Shown: positions 39,977 through 51,263, counted from the first letter of the stretch. The stretch is DNA of 64,000 bases from Truepera sp. (GCA_965218435.1 CBDCKW010000005.1:288001-352000); one strand, 5' to 3'. Notes: generated by a model from the sequence alone, not told the origin. Numbers and translations: made by a program.

Positions 39977-40355
39977 AAGCGACTCCTTTGTCGGCGGGTG
40001 GGCAAGCCACGAAGAGATTGGCCGCCCGCTACTTCACGTAGTGTCACAGTGTTCCCTGAGCTAAGTTCAGAGCTTAAATAAGAACCGTTAGCTGAGCCAA
40101 ATTGGGAAGCAAGGGTATCGAGAGCTTCTTGGGCTGTTGGGTGTAGGCGATGCGTCCAACTAGTAGGCCGACGGTGAAGTTAGCCAAGCTATGGTAGCGG
40201 GTGTGCTCGATAGTCGTTTGTGTATATCCTTTCGTAAATACCAAATGAGATGTTTAGTGCCAAGGTGCTCGAGAACAGTAACGTTGCTTGTCCCGCTATG
40301 AGAGCGAGCTTGCCGGGAATCAAGGCGGTTGCCCGCTACGCATCGTCACGTCCCT

Positions 40356-43160
40356 CTATTCACCGCCGTACACCGTCGCCTCGACAATCGACCACCAGTT
40401 CCCGGCGCTGCCTGTCTGGACGATGCGGACGTAGCGGGCTTCTTGTGACGCTACTGGGATACGCGTGATCGTCGCGCCTGTCCCCGTCGCCACGGGCGCA
40501 CCCCAATTCTGCCCGTCGGTGGACAGGTAAAGTTCGAAGCGCCGGGGGTAATCGCCACTGCCCGTTCCAGCGTCTAGCTCGAGCCCCGTGAGCGTGTAGG
40601 GTTGACTCAGATCAAGCTCGAAAGTTTGCCCGGAGGTCTGCCCCTGCCCGGTAGCCCAGCGCGTACCGAGGTCTCCGTCAATAGCGTTCGCGGGCGGGTC
40701 GTAAGGAGCGTTAAAGACGGACGCGCTCGCCGTAAAATCGCTGCTGTCCAGGGGCGTACCGAGATTAGGCTCGGGTTCGGGCTCCGGCTCGGGCGGGGTA
40801 TCGCTGATGGTGTAGGCGTCTAGTTCGACAATCGACCACCAGCTCCCGGAGTTGCCGGTTTGTACGATGCGGACGTAACGCGCCTCTTGCGGGCTGAAGG
40901 CGATGCGGGTGACGCTCGCCCCCGTTCCCTTGGCGACGGGTTCGCCCCAACTACTGCCGTCCAGCGACAAGTAGACTTCGTAACCACGCGGATAGTCGCC
41001 GCTGCCCGCGCCTGCGTTCAGGTCCAGCCCGGTGAGCAGGTAGGGCTGCGCCATGTCGATCTCGAAAAACTGACCGCTCGTTTGCCCTTCGCCTGTTGTC
41101 CAGCGTGTACCGAGGTCGCCGTCGATAGCATTTTGCGGCGGGTCGTAAGGCTCATTAAAAACTGAGGCGTTGACCTGCCAGTTGGCGCGGTTTATCTTGC
41201 GCTCGAGGTCGGGCGGCGAGTCTCCACCCTCATTTTGACTGAAGGTAAACCAGTTGAGTTTGGCAACGTCCGTACCTCCGCGAAACACCACGTACAGGTC
41301 GAAGGTACCGGGGCTGATAGACAGGGGCGCAACAACGGTCTTCCAAGACGGCCCGCCGCTGATGGTCGCGCTGCCTAGTAGTTGGCCGTCTACGCCACCT
41401 TCCCGGAACTCGATCTGTCCGCCGCTCGCTCCCGCCGCCACGCGCAGTTCGGCGCTCCGCGCCGCCTCCGCAAAGGTGACATTTTTGAAAATGAGATAGT
41501 CCCCGTCGCGGCTACTCGTCGCCACCAGCGTGTCGTCGTCCTGACGCTCGAAGCGCAGGCCCGACATCAGGCTGTAGTCCTCGGCCTCGATACGCTGCAC
41601 CGTGTCGACGCTGCGGCTCTTATGGCTGGGTCCGTCCCACACGAAGGTCGCTACCGATTCGCCCGGCAGCGTATACACGAATGCCCGACCGCCCTCACGG
41701 ACTTTGAAGGTTTTGGGCGTTTTGTTGACGTTGAGCGCGATCAGCGAACGGTAACCCCTCGGGTCGACGAAGGCGACGGTCTCGAGGTCGTTATAAACCG
41801 AGGTCGAACGGATACGCTGCGCCCCCGGTCCCGCCGCTTTGCCGCCGTGCCCAAGGGCATAAAACTCTTCATTATAGGTAACCTTGCCCGTTGAGCGGTC
41901 TATGGTGATGACGCCCCGGCAATCCTCACAGCCGCCGTTTGTGGGGCCGTGGTTTTCGTCAAGGGCTAAGTTCCAGAGCAGCACCGTTTTTGCCCAGCTG
42001 CGCGTCGCGCCGATAATCAAGTTTTGCACGTTGTAAACGAGGTTTTCGTTAAAGTTGGGCGCACCCTCGTAGCCTGAACATTCGGTAAAGTAGATATCTT
42101 TATCGGGATGGGCGTTTTTGACCGTGTCCTGGGCTGAAACGTCGCCGCCGTAACAGTGAAAGGCACTCCCCTGCACGTAGGCTTTAGCAGCACTGTCGCC
42201 AAGAACCTCAAGAGGATAGTCGATCAAGTCCCAGTTGTGGTCGAACGCCAAAATCCCCACGTCCAGCCCCTCGAGGGTCGGCCCGAGATGGTTTTTGACA
42301 AAGTCCGCCTGCTCGGAGGCAGACATGAGCATACTGGGGTACGTTTCGGGGCCGAACAGCGGCTCGTTTTGCACCGTCACCAAGTCAACGTTGACACCTT
42401 CGGCAGCGTAGGCTTGCAAGAACTTCTTAAAGTAGTCGGCGTAGCTGCCGTAATACTCGGGCTTTAGGCTGCCCGCAGGTAGCTGTCCGTTATCTTTCAT
42501 CCAGGCGGGGGCACTCCAGGGCGTCGCCATCAAGGTCAGGTCGCCCGCGTAACGCGCCATCTCCCGTACCAGCGGCAAGATATACGCTTCGTCGTGCGCG
42601 ACGCTGAACTGACTTTGGTCCGGGTCGGTTTTACCCTCGGGCAGGTCGTTGTAGGTGTAACTGCTGAGCGCAAAATCCGACGCGCCCATCGGCAGGCGGA
42701 TCGCGCGTAAACCCGCTCCGTTTAGACGCCAGAACAGGGTTTTGAAAACGCGGTTGCGCTCGCCGGGGTTCAACTCATTCGCCAAAAGCCACGCTGACGA
42801 ATCAGTCAGCGCCGCGCCGAAGCCCTCGATCTCCTGGTACGTCTGGTTGGCGTCGACGTCAATGGTTACGTCGGCAGCAGCGTCAACTGCCGCCGACATC
42901 TTGAGGGGACGCTCGCGGCTCAGCAAGTGCTGCCGGTCGCCGGTAGTCAGCCACACGGCAACTTTGCTGCCGCGCCCCAAGCCGAGCGTCTCGAGCCCCG
43001 CTGACTCCGTATGTTCACCTCCTTGGGTCTCTCCCGCTTGGGCCAGGGGTACTACGTTCTGCCGGCAAGCCGCTAGCGTCAAGGTAAAAACCATAAAGAG
43101 CAGGAGCAGCCCCCAGCACTGTTTGGACCGGTATGACATAAGAACGGGCACTGTTTTCAC
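40356..43160 (-). CDS. GH30 lipoprotein with CBM6 and two F5/8 (CBM32-like) modules
   Basis: LAAC lipobox, GFGAALTDS, TPWSAPAWMK, QNEP, YFTE, IEAEDY, and a duplicated NAIDGDLGTRW.TG.GQ module. Confidence 0.9.
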   Translation of the reverse strand: MKTVPVLMSYRSKQCWGLLLLFMVFTLTLAACRQNVVPLAQAGETQGGEHTESAGLETLGLGRGSKVAVWLTTGDRQHLLSRERPLKMSAAVDAAADVTIDVDANQTYQEIEGFGAALTDSSAWLLANELNPGERNRVFKTLFWRLNGAGLRAIRLPMGASDFALSSYTYNDLPEGKTDPDQSQFSVAHDEAYILPLVREMARYAGDLTLMATPWSAPAWMKDNGQLPAGSLKPEYYGSYADYFKKFLQAYAAEGVNVDLVTVQNEPLFGPETYPSMLMSASEQADFVKNHLGPTLEGLDVGILAFDHNWDLIDYPLEVLGDSAAKAYVQGSAFHCYGGDVSAQDTVKNAHPDKDIYFTECSGYEGAPNFNENLVYNVQNLIIGATRSWAKTVLLWNLALDENHGPTNGGCEDCRGVITIDRSTGKVTYNEEFYALGHGGKAAGPGAQRIRSTSVYNDLETVAFVDPRGYRSLIALNVNKTPKTFKVREGGRAFVYTLPGESVATFVWDGPSHKSRSVDTVQRIEAEDYSLMSGLRFERQDDDTLVATSSRDGDYLIFKNVTFAEAARSAELRVAAGASGGQIEFREGGVDGQLLGSATISGGPSWKTVVAPLSISPGTFDLYVVFRGGTDVAKLNWFTFSQNEGGDSPPDLERKINRANWQVNASVFNEPYDPPQNAIDGDLGTRWTTGEGQTSGQFFEIDMAQPYLLTGLDLNAGAGSGDYPRGYEVYLSLDGSSWGEPVAKGTGASVTRIAFSPQEARYVRIVQTGNSGSWWSIVELDAYTISDTPPEPEPEPEPNLGTPLDSSDFTASASVFNAPYDPPANAIDGDLGTRWATGQGQTSGQTFELDLSQPYTLTGLELDAGTGSGDYPRRFELYLSTDGQNWGAPVATGTGATITRIPVASQEARYVRIVQTGSAGNWWSIVEATVYGGE

Positions 43161-43190
43161 CGCCGTTTCCTCTAAATTTTTTCTACGCCG

Positions 43191-43212
43191 TTTATTTTAC
43201 GTCATAAAAAAA
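43191..43212. promoter_or_regulatory. ROK (NagC/XylR)-type operator-like site
   Basis: TTTATTTTACGTCATAAAAAAA between the divergent GH30 and ROK genes. Confidence 0.45.
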
Positions 43213-43415
43213 GGGGCGTCAAGTCGGCTCGAATCAAAATTTCTAACCGGTACTTATTTGCCCTCCAAGGGTTCCGTCCCTCTCCTCGACCTGACGACTG
43301 ACTTTGCGGCTCAAACCGCCCATTACGCTTGGGGGGTGCAGACCGGCAGTATAAGCAGTGAGGGTCGGTGCAGGAGCTGAATGCTTATCGGTAACTGCGG
43401 TGCGCTATACTCGGG

Positions 43416-44690
43416 GTGATGCCCAAACGTACAACCCGTGACCTGCGCTACCTAAACCGCCGCAGGGTACTCGAGACGCTCTACTTCGGCGGCCCCGTCA
43501 CGCGGCTTGAACTCAGCGCACGGCTAGGTTTGAGCCCGGCGACGGTAACGAACGTCGTGTCCGACCTCTTGGGAGAGGGGCTTGTTTTAGAGACTGGAAC
43601 GCTGGGCTCAAACGGCGGCAGACCCAGCGTGGCTCTGGGTGTCAACCCTCGGTACGGTTCCTTTATCGGCGTGGGCGTCGGTGAGACGCACATCCACTGC
43701 GACCTCTTCGACTTTACGCTGACCCCCCGCGACCACGTACGTTTCGACCTGACCGGCGTCGATCCCGACCCCGATTTGGTGAGGCGCTCTATCGGCGAGG
43801 GCGTTCGTACCTTGCTGGGGCGGAGCGGTTTGGCTCCCGCCGAGGTGAAGGGCGTCGGGATCGGAGTTCCCGGCATCGTCGATAGTGAGGGCCGGGTGTC
43901 CGTCTTCGCTCAGGCGTGGCACTGGGACCAGGTACCTCTTCAAGTGCAGCTCGAGGACGACCTGCGGCTGCCCATTTATCTCGATAACGGCGCGCAGTCG
44001 ATGGCGCTGGCAGAGATGTGGTTTGGCGCGGGACGGGGTGTGGAAAACCTGGTGGTCGTGCTGTTAGGAACAGGGGTCGGGGCAGGCATCATCTTGGGGG
44101 GCAAGCTCTACCGCAGCCTCAGCAACAGCGCAGGCGAGTTCGGGCATACCTGCGTCAGCGTGGGCGGCTGGGCTTGCCGCTGCGGAGGGCGCGGCTGCGT
44201 CGAAGCCTACGTCGGGGCACCCGGTATCATCCGGCGTTGGCAGGGTGAGAGCCATGATATGGATCAGGTCGCGTCGGTAGAGGCGCTACGCGCAGCCTAC
44301 GAAGCCGGTGACGCTAAAGCACAGGCTACCGTGTATGAGGTGGCCGAGTATCTAGGGGTGGGACTGGCGAACCTAGTCAACCTGATCAACCCGCGGCGCA
44401 TCGTTTTGGGGGGCTGGGTCGGTGAGCTTTTGGGGGAGCCGTTGCTACCCGAAGTGCGCCGCGCCGTGTCCCGACAGGCGTTACGGGTACCGCTGGCCCA
44501 CCTGAACATCGTTTTGAGCGATCTCAAGCGGGAGGCCGTCAGCAAAGGAGCGGCGGCGTTGGTGCTCGAAGATTTTTTACGTCAGGTTCCGGTTTCGTTA
44601 GACGAGTGGCCTTCCCCTGGGCGTGGCAAAGACGTTATTGCCGAAGAACTGCGGGAGATGCCCGGCAAAGACTTTCCGATTGCCAAATGA
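43416..44690 (+). CDS. ROK-family transcriptional regulator
   Basis: HTH, GGRP, GIGVPG, GEFGH, CRCGGRGCVE. Confidence 0.92.
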   Translation: MMPKRTTRDLRYLNRRRVLETLYFGGPVTRLELSARLGLSPATVTNVVSDLLGEGLVLETGTLGSNGGRPSVALGVNPRYGSFIGVGVGETHIHCDLFDFTLTPRDHVRFDLTGVDPDPDLVRRSIGEGVRTLLGRSGLAPAEVKGVGIGVPGIVDSEGRVSVFAQAWHWDQVPLQVQLEDDLRLPIYLDNGAQSMALAEMWFGAGRGVENLVVVLLGTGVGAGIILGGKLYRSLSNSAGEFGHTCVSVGGWACRCGGRGCVEAYVGAPGIIRRWQGESHDMDQVASVEALRAAYEAGDAKAQATVYEVAEYLGVGLANLVNLINPRRIVLGGWVGELLGEPLLPEVRRAVSRQALRVPLAHLNIVLSDLKREAVSKGAAALVLEDFLRQVPVSLDEWPSPGRGKDVIAEELREMPGKDFPIAK

Positions 44691-44926
44691 CGAGCAGCCT
44701 CGGCATGGTGAGCATGTCGTAGCCCGAGTTTACTGACCGTCCTTCTGTCCGCTGACGCCTGCTAGTGCAGCTGGAGTGGGCGGAAATGGCGGTTGAGGGA
44801 CTTGAACACGGGAAGCACCGGGCATGGCGGGAGGATTCCGTCAACTTATTTTGGCTAGAGCGGTGGCAAACTATGAAAGTTTACGCCATTTCGACATGCG
44901 GCTATCCTAACGAGGTGAATAAAAGT

Positions 44927-45517
44927 CTACTCCGCGAGGGGCCGCAATCCACCCAGCAAAATACCGACGTAACGCTCAACTTCTGCGTGAATTCCAGCGC
45001 GGTTGTCCATACCCAAACGGACAGCCACTTCAAAACCACAAAGTAACCGCCGCAGATCGTCAGCGTCAATGTCGGGTCGGATAGCCCCAGCTTGACGGGC
45101 ATTCTCGAGCAGCCGGTTTAGAGCCACAAGGGTCGCCTTTTTTAGCTCTAAAGTCTCGACACAGGCGTTTTTAGGCGAGCGTAGCACAGCGGCGAGTCCA
45201 GCGTCCTCGAGCTGATAGGTCAGCGCAGCGTGAAGAAGACGCTTCAAGCCTACAGCGGAATCTTCGTCCGCCGCAGCTTGCGCCTCAGCGAGAAGCTGTT
45301 CAAAGCTGCCTAGTGCCAAGGACTCGAGCAGCACCTGCCGGTTGGGAAAATGCCGATAGACCGTCCCGACGCCAACGCCCGCGCGTTTGGCGATGGTATT
45401 CATCGGTAAGGTGTCATCGCCGGTCTCGAGCAGCTCACGGGCCACCTCGAGGACTCGGGTGCGGTTGCGAGCCGCGTCTGCACGCAGGTCATCGGCAGGA
45501 AGGGCTTGCTGCTCCAC
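44927..45517 (-). CDS. TetR-family regulator
   Basis: RADAARNR, IAKRAGVGVGTVYRHFP. Confidence 0.92.
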   Translation of the reverse strand: MEQQALPADDLRADAARNRTRVLEVARELLETGDDTLPMNTIAKRAGVGVGTVYRHFPNRQVLLESLALGSFEQLLAEAQAAADEDSAVGLKRLLHAALTYQLEDAGLAAVLRSPKNACVETLELKKATLVALNRLLENARQAGAIRPDIDADDLRRLLCGFEVAVRLGMDNRAGIHAEVERYVGILLGGLRPLAE

Positions 45518-45561
45518 CTGTCTAGCTTAACAACTGGACATTCCCTCCATTTGTCTTGCGG

Positions 45562-45621
45562 AAAGCCGGATATGGCATCCGCTTAATGCTAGGCTCTTCT
45601 AACGGATGTTTTATCCGCTTA
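45562..45621. promoter_or_regulatory. Two TetR operator-like palindromes
   Basis: CGGATATGGCATCCG and CGGATGTTTTATCCG in the divergent TetR/SDR intergenic region. Confidence 0.55.
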
Positions 45622-45649
45622 TTTCTTAGATACGCTGAAGGAGCAGCAG

Positions 45650-46570
45650 ATGAGCAAAGCTAGTCGCAGCACGCCTTTACCTCACACCCCTAGCCACACC
45701 GCGCTCGTTACAGGCGGTACCTCCGGCATTGGTCGCGCGACCGCGTTGGAACTCGCCCGTCAGGGTCTAACCGTCGTCATTACTGGCCATGATGTGGCGC
45801 GGACTCGAGCCGCAGTTGCCTTAATTCAGCAAGAGAGCGGCAACCATAGCGTCTCTTATCTGCTGGCCGACTTCTTCCGACCCACTAAGGTGCAGGCATT
45901 GGCCCAAACGTTTTTAGCCACGCACGACCGGCTGGACATCCTGATCAACAATGCGGGCGGTACCTTCTCCGAACGCAAGCTCACGCCGGACGGGTTTGAA
46001 CGTACCTGGGCGCTCAACCATTTAGCTTATATGGGGTTGACCTTGGCTTTGTTACCGCTCCTCGAGGCCAGTGCCCCCGCCCGCATCGTCAACGTCGCTT
46101 CGGGGTTGTACGCCCGCACGCTCGAGTTCGACAACCTGCAAGGCGAGCGGCGCTACAGCATGGGCGGCGCTTACCTGCGTTCTAAACTCGCCAACCAACT
46201 TTTTACTTATGCGTTGGCTCGTCGCCTAGTCGGTACCGGCGTTACGGTCAACGCCGTTAATCCGGGCGTGATCAAGACGGGTTTGGCACGTGAAACTAGA
46301 GGTATGGATAAATTCATGAACCTGCTGATCACACCGCTCCAAAAAACGCCTGAGCAGGGCGCGTTTCCGTCTGTTTACATGGCGACCTCACCCGAGGTTG
46401 AAGGGGTGAGTGGACGGTTCTTCGACAAGAACAAATTCGTTGCGACCAAACCCGTAACTCACAATGAAGCTTTGCAAGAGCAGCTCTGGCAGGTCAGTTT
46501 GCAGCAACTCGGTCTGAATTCGGACGAGGCGGCCCTAAGCTCACGCTGCGTTCTAAGGCCTTCTACCTGA
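45650..46570 (+). CDS. Short-chain dehydrogenase/reductase
   Basis: TGGTSGIG, NNAG, YLRSK. Confidence 0.92.
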   Translation: MSKASRSTPLPHTPSHTALVTGGTSGIGRATALELARQGLTVVITGHDVARTRAAVALIQQESGNHSVSYLLADFFRPTKVQALAQTFLATHDRLDILINNAGGTFSERKLTPDGFERTWALNHLAYMGLTLALLPLLEASAPARIVNVASGLYARTLEFDNLQGERRYSMGGAYLRSKLANQLFTYALARRLVGTGVTVNAVNPGVIKTGLARETRGMDKFMNLLITPLQKTPEQGAFPSVYMATSPEVEGVSGRFFDKNKFVATKPVTHNEALQEQLWQVSLQQLGLNSDEAALSSRCVLRPST

Positions 46571-46622
46571 GCGGCAGCCAGCTTAGTTTTTCTTACCGCT
46601 TGCCCGAACTGGAGCATCGAGC

Positions 46623-47627
46623 ATGAATACAAAGGTCATTGTTGATAAACCGGGCGCAATAGACGTGCTGAACCTAGTAGATGAGCTCGAGCCCGTTCCC
46701 AACAAGGGTGAGGTCAAAGTGCGGATTCTCGCCAGCGGCGTCGCTTTCGGCGACGTTATGCTGCGTCTGGGTATCGGTACCCCCGCCTCGGCTTATCCAC
46801 TTACCCCCGGCTACGATGTGGTCGGCGTGGTCGAAGCCGTAGGGCCGGGTGCCGTAAAGTACAACGTCGGCGACCGAGTTGCCGGTCTCCCCGGCAAAGA
46901 CGGCTACCAACAGTTTATCTGTCTGCCCGAGCACGAGCTGATACCGGTTCCGCAGGGCCTCGAGCCGGACGAGGTGGTCAGCGTCATCCTCAACTACACC
47001 ACGGCGTACCAACTCTTGACGAGAGTAGCCCACCTAAAAGCAGGCGACAAGGCGCTGATTCATGGCGCGGCAGGTGGTGTTGGGACGGCAATGCTGCAAC
47101 TCGCGCAGCTTATGGGCATCAACATGTACGGCACAGCGAGCACCGGCAAACTGGAACTGGTCGAGCAGTTAGGCGGTGTGCCTCTTGACTACCAGCGTAC
47201 AGACTTCGTTAAGGAACTTTTAGAGATGCAACCAACCGGGGTACAGGCGGTTTTTGACCCTATCGGCGGCGCACAGCTGTCACGGTCGTACAAGGTGCTG
47301 GCCAAAAAGGGAACGCTGGTGATGTTTAACGTGGCCGCAGCGTCCCAGGGAAGGAATCCGACCCTGGCGCTGGTAGCGTCGGTTGCTCGGTTGTTCTGGC
47401 TCAAGCTTCGACCTGATACCCGACACGCCGAGACCTACCTGATAGAAGCGGCCAAAAGAAAGCGTCCTGAGCAGTTTCACAGTGACGTCGGCGCTCTTTT
47501 AGACTTACTTAAAGAGGACAAAATTAAACCGCAAATCGCGCAGGTACTGCCGCTGAGCGAGGTCAGAAAGGCACACGAGTTACTCCAAAACGCGAAAGTA
47601 ACCGGCAAGATTGTCCTGCGCCCTTGA
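46623..47627 (+). CDS. MDR/quinone-oxidoreductase-family dehydrogenase
   Basis: TPGYD, HGAAGGVG, GKIVL. Confidence 0.9.
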   Translation: MNTKVIVDKPGAIDVLNLVDELEPVPNKGEVKVRILASGVAFGDVMLRLGIGTPASAYPLTPGYDVVGVVEAVGPGAVKYNVGDRVAGLPGKDGYQQFICLPEHELIPVPQGLEPDEVVSVILNYTTAYQLLTRVAHLKAGDKALIHGAAGGVGTAMLQLAQLMGINMYGTASTGKLELVEQLGGVPLDYQRTDFVKELLEMQPTGVQAVFDPIGGAQLSRSYKVLAKKGTLVMFNVAAASQGRNPTLALVASVARLFWLKLRPDTRHAETYLIEAAKRKRPEQFHSDVGALLDLLKEDKIKPQIAQVLPLSEVRKAHELLQNAKVTGKIVLRP

Positions 47628-47707
47628 ACCGGTCAAAGCAGGAGCCAAGATAAAAACTCGGCTCCATAAGTTGGAAAGCGTCCTAAGGTGACAGCACTAG
47701 TCCGTAC

Positions 47708-49084
47708 CTAATCTTTCACTAACGGGCCGAGCTGTTTAGCAAACGGGTAACCGTCTTGGGCGTCCCAATCGAGTCGCCAGTCAAACACCCCTTTGACCTG
47801 CGGGTAGCGGGCATCGAGCTGCTTAAAGGTATCAACTACCGCGTCAAGCTTCCAATAATTGTTAAGTTCGTTGTTAACCCCAAAACCGACCACCACGTTT
47901 TCCGGCCCCAGTAGGTCCATCCAGAGCTTGATATTTTCTAAAAGGTAGGCGGGGTCGCTCAAGTCGGGGCCGTCGTAATACTGCGGCGCGCAGTAGTCGA
48001 GCGCACCGGCGTCAAGCATAGCTTTACAAAACGTCTGGTCGCGCCCGTTCCACGGTGCGGGCGGCGCGGTGATTAAAAAGCCGGGGTAACGGCGCTTGAG
48101 TTCTTTGGCAACCCAGATCATCTCAGGCGTGTTGGGGTCGGCTTCGGCCTCGAAGGTATTAAAGTCCAGGCCGTCAAAGCCGCCCCACGCGTTGTAAAGC
48201 TTCACGACGCTGTTAACAAAGTTTTGCGACACGTTGCGGTCGGTAAAGCGGATCGCTTGCCCCGCCCCACCTGCTGAAAGGATAAACTTGCGCCCCTGCC
48301 GACGGGAGAGCTGCATATCTGCGGCCCAGTTGGTCCAGGCACCGTTTCCATCGGGGGGCGCGGCAAACTTCAGCGTACCGGCAGGCTCGCCCCCGGCTTG
48401 GGTAGCCGAAAACAGATAGATCAGGTTGTAATTGGGGTCAATGTCTTTAAGGCGTGGGACGCTCTCGGCAAAGGTTGCGTAGTAGGCCGCAACGACCTTG
48501 TCACTATTACTGCTGGGTGGGTTGGGTGCAGTGGGGTCACATGCAGCCAGTGCCCAGAAGTAGGTGCTGATCGGGGGGATGGTGCCTTCGGTGCCTCGGT
48601 CGGTCACTCTGATAACCCGGTAGGTGCGGCTGTCGGGCGGGTAGACAACAAAGTCGCCCAGATTATAGTTGACGCCTGCGGTCCAGGTCCTAAGGTTGCA
48701 CGGGTTGGCGTTGCCCACACGTGTAACCTTAACCGAGCTGAGTAGATCGTTAAAGTCGTTGTCGGTTAAACAGCTGTCATCCTTAGCTAAGCTGAGGCTT
48801 CGGCCTTGGTAATCGGTATCGACAAAAATTTCGACCTTGTAGCCGTCTCTAACCCGGATTGACGATACCTTATCGTTCGGCATCCCGAGCGCAGTGAGGT
48901 CGTTGACCGTATAGTTGCCTTCTGCTAAATTGACGCTCCCACCGGCAAAGGGGCAGTCAATATAGAGCGTGGCAGCGTTGACGGCAGCAGTGTCAAGTGT
49001 TGGGTCGGTCTTGTCAAGCGCGTTACACGCACTCATGAGCAGCGCCGCTCCGACGGGAAGCAGTAAGGCTGTTAGTTTAGACAT
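47708..49084 (-). CDS. GH18-like lipoprotein with beta/gamma-crystallin-like and CBM5/12-like modules
   Basis: MSAC lipobox, NDKVSSIRV and ND.LSSVKV crystallin repeats, WTAGVNYNLGD, LSAGG, FDGLDFNTFE, PQYY. Confidence 0.8.
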   Translation of the reverse strand: MSKLTALLLPVGAALLMSACNALDKTDPTLDTAAVNAATLYIDCPFAGGSVNLAEGNYTVNDLTALGMPNDKVSSIRVRDGYKVEIFVDTDYQGRSLSLAKDDSCLTDNDFNDLLSSVKVTRVGNANPCNLRTWTAGVNYNLGDFVVYPPDSRTYRVIRVTDRGTEGTIPPISTYFWALAACDPTAPNPPSSNSDKVVAAYYATFAESVPRLKDIDPNYNLIYLFSATQAGGEPAGTLKFAAPPDGNGAWTNWAADMQLSRRQGRKFILSAGGAGQAIRFTDRNVSQNFVNSVVKLYNAWGGFDGLDFNTFEAEADPNTPEMIWVAKELKRRYPGFLITAPPAPWNGRDQTFCKAMLDAGALDYCAPQYYDGPDLSDPAYLLENIKLWMDLLGPENVVVGFGVNNELNNYWKLDAVVDTFKQLDARYPQVKGVFDWRLDWDAQDGYPFAKQLGPLVKD

Positions 49085-49520
49085 GGCGTCTCCTCCTTGA
49101 AATGTGTTTGAACCAAATCCTGGCTAGGTTTTTACGGCCCGCGATACTGGGCAACCCAACGTCTTAAACGCTGTGTGGACGAGCGGCTCGCGTTACATTT
49201 ATGGCAGCCCCGCAGATGTGCCCCGGCGAGCCGTAAAAAGTCCGAGGCTCCACGAATTACCCGCGCTTCGCGGGTCCATTTGGGAACGCCTGAACCGTTA
49301 CGAAGCGCTCCCAAAACAGCTGAAACCTATGTCAAACGTTCGACGTCATGAACCACCTGGACAACGACCGCTCCCCCTTACCCATTGTTCATTGGCGGTA
49401 ACTCTAGCGATAACGTTCTTACGTTGTCAAGCTGCCAATACTGAAATTGGTCTGATCAAAGAACAAATCTCTTACAAAAGTTGATCCGGTTACGCTAACG
49501 TGGCTCTTTTGACATTTCGA

Positions 49521-51263
49521 TACCGCTGGTTTACTCAAGCGGCCTGCTGCAGCACACGCTCGAACGGTGCGAGCCGGGTTACTGACCTAGGCTTATCCAT
49601 AAGCCAATCAGCCACGCGCAGAAGGTTCATCGCTGACGCAGTCGCTAAATGCTGTAGGCGGGTCTTGGCGAGTCCGAAATAGCGTGAGCGTCGCATCCCG
49701 AATGCCCTAACCCCCACCGACATGGTTCCTTCAATGCCTGCCCGTTTGGCGTACAGCTTTTTGAACTCGGCTGTCCGTACCCATGCCCGCCACGCCACGA
49801 GTGCTTCATGGCGCTCCTGAGCTTGAAGCGTCACCGTACGCCTTGGAGCCGTCGTGCAATCTTTCTTAAAGGCGCAAGTTCGGCAGTCACCGATGCCAAA
49901 TTTGATCTTGATCACCGACCTACCGCGCCGATCTTGCGCGTCCGTCCAGCTCAGACTCGAGTTGCCTGCTGGACACGTCACGATTTTTGCATCCCAATCG
50001 ACCTTAAAGTGCTCTGCCGCGAATCCCTTACCGGCCCAGGCTTGCCAATGCTGGTCATGACGTGCAGGACCGATGAGTTGGACACCATGATCTTGCCTTT
50101 CACTGACAAGCAGATTAGCGCTCAGATAACCCATATCTACCAAATGCTCTTCTGGTAGTAGCTCACGGGCATCTAGAGCATCGTGAACAGCTTGGGTGAG
50201 GTCGAAGTCTTGCGTCGTAGCCAAGCTTGTTTCAACGTTTGTGATTACTAAAGGCCGATCCTCGTCGCACATCTCGGTTAGATGGACTTTATAGCCTACC
50301 CAGCTTACCGAGCGCTTTTGGCTATAGCGTGCGTCCTCATCGAAGGGCGAGCCGATAAACATTCGACCGGGAGGGATCTCCTCGTTACTGCGAAAGCGTA
50401 ACGTACCCGTGTCCGTCCAGGTAAAGTTTTGTACCCACACCCGCCACAATGTTTTGATTGCTGGTACGTCTTGCAGCCATGCCGGGGCCGTTGAGGCAAA
50501 TACGGTTTTCAATAAAGCCAAGCCGTCGGCAGCAATAGCCGCTTCGAGTGCTTCGCGTTCGGCCTTTTTAGCGGGTGTCAGGTCGTGTTCGAAGTTCACG
50601 CGGTTGGCATAGCGTGTTGACCATTCGGGATTGGCGTGTTCGATAAACCACTCAGGGGCAACCGTAGCGAGGACGTCGAGGGTGTGACGAAACGTCTGTG
50701 CGGTACAGGTGAGTCGGTTCAAAGCACGGACAGCGGCCAGTACGTAGGTCGAGTCGGTTCGCTGCTTCCCACGCGTCCGTAAGAGATTATGCGCACGAAA
50801 CCTCTCCAGGAGTTTCTCGAACAGTAGCGCTTCCGCTTTGCCTTCAATGAGTCGTGTGCGAAACTCGCACAACACGCTCGCATCGAAACCCGCATCATTT
50901 AGCGGCAGCGCCAGCAGGTACTTCAAGTCGATTCGCGACCGCACAGCATCGGCCATACGTTCATCACTTAACTTCTCGGCAAATTGCAAGATGGTGATGA
51001 GCGCAAGGCGAACAGGGTCTACGGCTGGACGTCCTTCAGCGTGGAACAGGGCCTGGAAGTCATTCCCTGAAAAGAAGTCGCCGAAGGTGTCACGGAGCAA
51101 AATGTAGCGGTTACCTTTGCGAAAAACAGCTTTGGCGACGCGGGTGGTGTCCTCAGGAACCTGGCTGATCGAACCGACTTTCAAGCTCATGGTTGGCCTC
51201 CACACTCAGCCTAGAGCATCCATGTGCTTATGCAAAATAGCGGTCGGGAGTAAACCAGCGGTA
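49521..51263 (-). mobile_element. IS1182-family element with intact transposase (about 51190-49535)
   Basis: IR TACCGCTGGTTTACTC with TCGA duplicated on both sides. Motifs DASVLCEFR, RTDST, GYKVH, RAGIEG. Confidence 0.9.

Noticed and set aside
40356..41200. DNA repeat at the end of the GH30 gene
   Set aside because: It is explained by tandem CBM32-like domains and a PEPEPE linker.
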